From Spirochaetia bacterium (GTDB taxonomy: Bacteria; Spirochaetota; Spirochaetia; SZUA-6; Bin103): a stretch of DNA of 64,000 bases. Numbering within the stretch: position 1 is the first letter of the stretch; every line of letters begins with the position of its first letter. Position numbers and translations under genes: made by a program. Below, one piece after another: positions 58,569 to 64,000 of this stretch. The notes under the pieces were generated by a model. That model saw nothing but the letters and a program-made list of their open reading frames with translations, was not told the DNA's origin and ran no database searches. The stretch spans positions 1 to 64,000 of the forward strand of contig CBDBDQ010000005.1 of assembly GCA_965203905.1 (NCBI GenBank), in the 5' to 3' direction.

Positions 58569-59613
58569 GGCTTGGGGACTGAGCGATCCCCTTCAGGTAG
58601 ACGAACCTGGCCTCGGAGTGTTCGCTCAGGACGCTCGAGAAGTGGTGTGCCCCGGTGGCGGGATCCTTGACCACGAAGTAGCGGTACTCGGTCTCCGCCG
58701 GGTGCAGAGCGGCCTGCAGGGCGGTGAGCCCGGGATTGGCAATCGGGCCCGGCGGCAGTCCCCGCGAGCGGTAGGTGTTGAACGCCGATTCGATCTCCAG
58801 ATCGGCCTCGAAAATGCGCTCGGGGTGCTCGTGACCCTGGATCTCGGTGATGATGTACACGATGGTAGCGCACGACTCCAGGCGCAGGTTGCTCCGCAGC
58901 CGGTTGTTGAACACCGACGCGATGAGCGGAGCCTCGCTCGGTACGCGGTACTCGCGTTCGACGATGGATGCCAGTATCACCGTGTCGTGCAACTCTGCCG
59001 CGTCCGGTCTGGCGCCGGGATGAATCTCCTCCAGGCGTCCGAAGAACGTGTCGACCATGTGTCGGACCACCGCCTCCGCGCCGTACCCGCGCGGGAAGTA
59101 GTAGGTATCGGGGAACAGATACCCCTCCGCGGTGAGGGCCTCGATCCCGTAGCTCTGCATCAACTCCGGGGCGTTCACCGCACCACGGAACTCGGCGGCA
59201 CTGGTAATGGCGTGCTCCTCCAGGTGGGTGGCGATTCTGTTGCTGGTCCAGCCCTCGGGTATCGTGACGCGTATCAGGTCGTTGGAGCCGGCCATCAGCA
59301 GACCGAGAATCTCGGCGCTGGTGGCGTCGGCAGGAAAGCGATAGTAGCCCGCCCGGATGGCGCTTTCGGCACCACGGGCCCTGGCCAGCAGGTGCAGCAG
59401 CGCCGGCGAACGAATGAACCCCGCGCCGTACAGGCGCTGCGCCACCCCGGTAAGCGACTCCCCGGACGGAACCGTGAACGTGCGTGACGGTGCCACCGTG
59501 GCAGGAGCCTGGTTCAGGTAGTAGCCGGCGGCGGCAACGGCCGCGACCGTCCCGACCAGCAGGGCCGCGGCAACGGCCGCCGGCAGTCTGCTGCAACCGC
59601 GCGTCAGCGGCAT
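58555..59613 (-). CDS. mltG: Endolytic transglycosylase MltG
   Basis: VTIPEG, EGYLFPDTY, LASIVERE and GLPPGPIANPG motifs. Confidence 0.95.
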   Translation of the reverse strand: MPLTRGCSRLPAAVAAALLVGTVAAVAAAGYYLNQAPATVAPSRTFTVPSGESLTGVAQRLYGAGFIRSPALLHLLARARGAESAIRAGYYRFPADATSAEILGLLMAGSNDLIRVTIPEGWTSNRIATHLEEHAITSAAEFRGAVNAPELMQSYGIEALTAEGYLFPDTYYFPRGYGAEAVVRHMVDTFFGRLEEIHPGARPDAAELHDTVILASIVEREYRVPSEAPLIASVFNNRLRSNLRLESCATIVYIITEIQGHEHPERIFEADLEIESAFNTYRSRGLPPGPIANPGLTALQAALHPAETEYRYFVVKDPATGAHHFSSVLSEHSEARFVYLKGIAQSPSRAHS

Positions 59614-59647
59614 GTCCGACCGACTCCGCTCGAACGGCGGGGCGGCG

Positions 59648-62600
59648 CTAGGAGCCGCGGCCGGTGAGAATGAACTCGACTCGCCGATTCTTCCATCGGT
59701 TCTGTTGATCCGAGAACGGCACCACCGGGTTGGCGCCGCCGACGCCGTCGGTGGTGATTCGGTCGACACTCACACCCAAGGCCACCAGTTCGCGCTTGAC
59801 GGCCTCGGCGCGGGACGCGGACAGCGGCAGCAGCACGTCCCTCTGCTCGCGCGCCGCCGCCTCCGGGTTGCCATACAGCACACTGTTCGCATGCCCCTCT
59901 ATAAGTATCGTATAGCTGGTGTTCTGGTTGAAGATCTGTCCCAGCCGAGTAATGGTGCGCGCATTGAGTGCCGCCGCCTCCCCCGTCACCAGGGCCAGAT
60001 CCGCCGAGTCCGGAGGAAAGGTGATCGCGGCGATGCGAATTCGCAACTTGTCGCCGTCGCGAATGATCAGGATGTCGATGGGAATCGTGGTGCTCACGAA
60101 GGACGCGTTCCCCACCACATCGCTTACGGCCAGGGCAACCGGGTACTCCAGCGCCGACTGCACCAGCTCGCCGCTGTCCGACAACCCATCCCACGTGACC
60201 CGGTCGCTGGGCGCGCCGCGGCCCGAGAGGGTAGTGAACGGGGCCCCCAGCGGATCGGTGATGGTCATGCTCCAGCCGGAGATCGGACTGAGATCCTCGA
60301 CTTCGACTGCCAGGGTGAGCACGTCGTCCACGCCGTCGCCGTCCGGCGAGAACGGCAGCGGCGACAGCGCCAGTCTGACGCGCGGCGGGGTTCGGTCGAG
60401 GATGAACGTCGCCGTGCGCGCGCGCGGCTGGTTGCCCTTCAGGTAGTCGACCTGCACCTCGGCGACGTAGGCACCCTCGGGTGCCGACGCGCCCTGGTTG
60501 TCCAGCCCGTCCCAGACCACACGTTCCGGCACGGCGCCGGTACCGCCCATGGCGCGTTGCGATCCGCGGCGCGAATGAACGAACTTCACCTCCCAGATGC
60601 GGATTCCCTCGTTCACCCCCACGTCGACGCCGATCGCCTGGGTGTCGCGCACGTCATCGCCGTTGGGAGAAAAGCCCTCCGTCGCCAGAGTCACCGCCAG
60701 CGACGTCGGTCGTCCGTCGACCTCGATGCCCTCCAGCACCGCGGTGGCCGTATTGCCGGCGCGGTCGCGCCCGGTCACGCGGTAGGTGTACTGCCCATCC
60801 CTGACCACGTTGCCGTTTTCGTCACGAGCATCCCAGGTGAAGTCGGCCAGCTCACCGCGCCAGAAGAAACTGCGCACGACGCTGCCGGCACCGTCGGTGA
60901 TTTCCCCTTCCCACTTCTCCTCGCGGGACGAGGACTGCTGCACGTGCATCTCGTCGCGGCGCCCGTCGCCGTCAGGCGACAACACCAGCGAGTCAGCCGC
61001 CAGCTCCGCCTCCGGATACTTGGTATCGACCACGAACGACGGGCTGCTCGCACTGGGGTTGTTCCCCTTGGCGTAGGACACCTGCAGCGAGCCGAAGTAG
61101 GACCCGTCCGCTACCCGGTCGCCGGCGTCGTCGATGCCGTCCCAGATGATCTGCTCGGGAACCCGGTCACGGCCGGACAGCGTGCGCACCACCCTCGCGG
61201 TGGCCGGATCGCCGCGTCCGGCATGGATACGCAGCGTGTAGCGGTCGATTCCCTCCTTGTCCTCCAACCTCGGCAGCAGGACCACGTGGTCGGCAACACC
61301 GTCCGAATTCGGCGAAAAGTGGGTGGCGCTGGTGGTGATGAATACCGGCGTATCGGCAGTGTCGACCTGGAGATCGATGCTGTTCGAGCGGCCCTCGTTG
61401 CCCGCCGAGTCACGGGCGGCCAGCGTGTAACGATAGGTTCCGTCGGCGACCGGCCGCCCGTCGGCGCGGCGCCCGTCCCAGGTATAGCTGTCGTCGGGTG
61501 TGCCGTGCCAGATCTGGGTACGGATCACCGTGCCGGCCGCATCGCGCACCGTAGCGGTCCAGACCGCCTCATCGTAGCTCTCGTGGAACACCGTCACGGT
61601 GTCCTTGTTGCCGTCTCCGTTGGGGGAGAACACCGTCAGCTCCGCCTTGATGGTGGCGGAAGGACCGGTCAGGTCGATGGCCAGTTCGGGCGGCTCGGCG
61701 AACGGCCGGTTGCCATTTTCGTACACTACGTCCAAGCGCGCGCGGTAGACGCCCTCCGGCAGGCTGCGGCCGGCATCGTCGCGACCGTCGAAGGTGAGCT
61801 CTTCCGGGATCCGCGCGCCGCCCGTATAGCGCCGCACCACTTCGCGTGCCGCGTTCCGAATGGCCAGCTCCCAGCGTTCGACGCCGGCCAGCACCGGGAC
61901 CTCCAACCGGTAACTGGTGCTGTCGTCCTCGCCGTCGCCATTCGGCGAAATGTCGGCGTCGGTGATACGCACCGAGATGGGAGTGCTCTGCGTATTGACG
62001 ACGATACCGCCTACCCGCGCCTCCGCGAAATTGCCGGCGCGGTCGGTGCTGAACACGTGATAGCCGTAGACGCCGTCGGCCGCCATGGTGCCGTCGTCAC
62101 GCCGCCCGTCCCACTCCACGGTAGCGGGTGCGTCGCCTTCCCATACGAAGCTGGCCACCGGCGCATCGGAGGCATCGAGCAGCTGCGCCTGCCAACGCTC
62201 CTCGGAGGAGAGTTGCTGCTCGATGGTCAGGGAATCCTTGTTGCCGTCGCCGTTGGGAGAGAACAACAGATCCACCGCCAGTGCCGTGGCCTGTGGCGGG
62301 GTGTTGTCCACGACCACGGTGCGGCGCGCGGTTTGCGCGTGGTTGGCGCGATCGTCCCACGCTTCCAGGTAGTACTGGTAGCTGCCGTCGGCTACCACGT
62401 TGCCGCCCGAGGACCTGCCATCCCAGACCAGGGACTCCGGCACCTCGATTCCCGCCTTGACCGTGAACAGGCGTTCGAAGGCGTCCGGCACCCCGGTCGC
62501 CTCCGCCTGCCACTCCTTGTTGCGGATCATGCGCACCACGTTGCCGGCCTCGTCCTCGATCACCAGCACGTAGCCCTCCACCAGGCTGCCGTCGGTGATG

Positions 62601-63769
62601 CGGATCGGCAGCACCAGGTCATCCTGAATCCCGTCCAGATTGGGCGAGCGATACGCTACCTCTGCACTGTCGATGAACACCTCCGGCGGCGCCGTATCGA
62701 CGGTGCCCACGGCGATGCCGGCGCCCAGCCCCAGGCCCCAAAGCTCCTCGCGGAGCGGGGCCGCCGCGACGTGAACCTTGACCTCACCGGGGGTACCGGC
62801 GCGCTCGTCCTGCGGTTCGGGCGCCGGCTCCCCGAAGCCAATGCTGACACTGACCCCGAAGCCCGGTCCGTTCTTCCCTACCTCCATCCCTTCTTCGTCA
62901 CCGTCACCGAACACGGTAACCGGATAGTGGGCCCGGAGTTGCAGGAAATCGCGGATCTCCAGCGCCAGGCCGAGCTCCAGCTTCACGGCCTGCAGGGTGG
63001 GCGACCACAGATCGAGCTTGGTGGTCAGCGCCACATCCTCGCTCGCCAGCGGGGACACCGCCAGGCCCGCCGCCAGCGTGAACGGCGGTACGTAGACCCG
63101 ATATTCGTCCTTCTGCTCGGCGAAGCTCAGGCCGATGCCGCGGAAGGCGAGCCCCCAGGACAGGTTCTGCAAGGGTCCGAGGTCGCCCGCCTGGTGCAGC
63201 AGCCCGAGATCGAGGCCGGCACCGAAAGCGAACTCTTCGGTGGTGTGGTCGTTGCCGAACTGGAATCCGGCACCGGCACCCACGAACAGGCCCCGGTACA
63301 ACTCCTTGGCGAAGGAGACGTGAACCGCGCCCAGCGGCCCGTAGCTCATCTGTGGCACTTCCGAGCCGAAGAAGTGGCCGCTGAATCCCCAGGTCCCGAT
63401 CCGGGTAGGTACGGTGGCGCCGGCGTTGGCCGCATGGCCGAGCCCGCCGTCGCCGGCGGTCGACAGCAATGCGATGTAGCCCACCTCGAAGTTGAGTCGC
63501 TCGTCGGTGGCGGGAAGAGCAGGATTGAGCACGTGCGCCGACGGCACGCCGGTCAAGGTGAGGTGACGTCCGCCGGCCAGCACGGCTGGCGCGTACAACG
63601 ACAGCAGGTCACCGCTGTTCGGCAGGCCGCCGGCGAGTGTCGCCACCAACAACAGCGGGGCGCCGACCAGCAGTCGGGTGCGCCTGGCGGGGTTGATCTT
63701 CCAAGACAGCGAGTTGTAACGATCGGTGCTCATCCAGTTCCTTCGGGGCGTTCCGCGCTGGCGGCTCAC
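59648..63769 (-). CDS. Large envelope protein: putative N-terminal beta-barrel, 8 FlgD-Ig-like repeats and a C-terminal OmpA-like domain
   Basis: Eight SP(N/D)xD(G/D)xxD motifs, each followed by a WDG-type motif; C-terminal IEGHAN...LSASRAEAV...NRRVE. Confidence 0.8.
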   Translation of the reverse strand: MSRQRGTPRRNWMSTDRYNSLSWKINPARRTRLLVGAPLLLVATLAGGLPNSGDLLSLYAPAVLAGGRHLTLTGVPSAHVLNPALPATDERLNFEVGYIALLSTAGDGGLGHAANAGATVPTRIGTWGFSGHFFGSEVPQMSYGPLGAVHVSFAKELYRGLFVGAGAGFQFGNDHTTEEFAFGAGLDLGLLHQAGDLGPLQNLSWGLAFRGIGLSFAEQKDEYRVYVPPFTLAAGLAVSPLASEDVALTTKLDLWSPTLQAVKLELGLALEIRDFLQLRAHYPVTVFGDGDEEGMEVGKNGPGFGVSVSIGFGEPAPEPQDERAGTPGEVKVHVAAAPLREELWGLGLGAGIAVGTVDTAPPEVFIDSAEVAYRSPNLDGIQDDLVLPIRITDGSLVEGYVLVIEDEAGNVVRMIRNKEWQAEATGVPDAFERLFTVKAGIEVPESLVWDGRSSGGNVVADGSYQYYLEAWDDRANHAQTARRTVVVDNTPPQATALAVDLLFSPNGDGNKDSLTIEQQLSSEERWQAQLLDASDAPVASFVWEGDAPATVEWDGRRDDGTMAADGVYGYHVFSTDRAGNFAEARVGGIVVNTQSTPISVRITDADISPNGDGEDDSTSYRLEVPVLAGVERWELAIRNAAREVVRRYTGGARIPEELTFDGRDDAGRSLPEGVYRARLDVVYENGNRPFAEPPELAIDLTGPSATIKAELTVFSPNGDGNKDTVTVFHESYDEAVWTATVRDAAGTVIRTQIWHGTPDDSYTWDGRRADGRPVADGTYRYTLAARDSAGNEGRSNSIDLQVDTADTPVFITTSATHFSPNSDGVADHVVLLPRLEDKEGIDRYTLRIHAGRGDPATARVVRTLSGRDRVPEQIIWDGIDDAGDRVADGSYFGSLQVSYAKGNNPSASSPSFVVDTKYPEAELAADSLVLSPDGDGRRDEMHVQQSSSREEKWEGEITDGAGSVVRSFFWRGELADFTWDARDENGNVVRDGQYTYRVTGRDRAGNTATAVLEGIEVDGRPTSLAVTLATEGFSPNGDDVRDTQAIGVDVGVNEGIRIWEVKFVHSRRGSQRAMGGTGAVPERVVWDGLDNQGASAPEGAYVAEVQVDYLKGNQPRARTATFILDRTPPRVRLALSPLPFSPDGDGVDDVLTLAVEVEDLSPISGWSMTITDPLGAPFTTLSGRGAPSDRVTWDGLSDSGELVQSALEYPVALAVSDVVGNASFVSTTIPIDILIIRDGDKLRIRIAAITFPPDSADLALVTGEAAALNARTITRLGQIFNQNTSYTILIEGHANSVLYGNPEAAAREQRDVLLPLSASRAEAVKRELVALGVSVDRITTDGVGGANPVVPFSDQQNRWKNRRVEFILTGRGS

Positions 63770-64000
63770 CCGTCCGCCTCGTCGCCGTGCCGGTCACCTG
63801 GCGGTGATGGTTCCATGTCGAGGTGCGGCTCTTCCTCGCGTCGCGCCAGCCAATAGTCGATTTCGATTGCGCTGTGCAGCGGCCCCAGGCCGATGCCGGG
63901 ACAATCCCGTGCTGCCGTCTCCCAACTCTCCCGGTCGGCCAGTTGCGACGGCCAGAACGGGAAGCTGCGACACTGCAACGGACGCGACGGGTACACCGTG
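63766..64000 (-). CDS. YkgJ-family cysteine-cluster protein (C-terminal part only)
   Basis: VYPSRPLQCRSFPFW...CPGIG. Confidence 0.8.
   Translation of the reverse strand, partial: TVYPSRPLQCRSFPFWPSQLADRESWETAARDCPGIGLGPLHSAIEIDYWLARREEEPHLDMEPSPPGDRHGDEADG

Noticed and set aside
59612-63856. Very long antisense or alternate-frame ORFs (also 4652-7117, 18649-20895 and 34776-37988)
   Set aside because: These are shadow ORFs of real genes, expected at high GC, with no recognisable motifs.

Overview
High-GC bacterial chromosomal window, most likely from a Spirochaetota (Spirochaetaceae-like) genome. The basis is the Treponema-like gene order mltG-dnaG-rpoD-Zn ribbon-rnpB-TPR-mreBCD-mrdA-rodA, a troABCD operon and spirochaete-style substrate-binding protein (SBP) N-termini. 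The right third (about 43.4-64 kb) is core housekeeping DNA. The left two-thirds is accessory. It holds three sugar ABC systems, one of them a lower-GC insert beside tRNA-Asn, and an uncharacterised UPF0261/TIM-barrel enzyme pair. It also holds several toxin-antitoxin modules, mostly with broken or missing toxins, a Mo-hydroxylase beside hydroxyproline-catabolic genes, and a peptide-type ABC system with two tandem SBP paralogues. The strongest candidate for a new system is an intact 2,591-bp IS66-type element (28890-31480) with GTAA terminal inverted repeats and an exact 8-bp target duplication. It splits a Fic gene and, in place of TnpA/TnpB, carries an overlapping DUF4338 (DruA-like, Mom/GNAT-motif) gene. 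Other notable signals are DtxR-type domains fused to both Tro permeases, an 82-bp-period repeat array downstream of rnpB, and recurrent leaderless-type promoters. All calls come from reading the sequence; no database searches were run.
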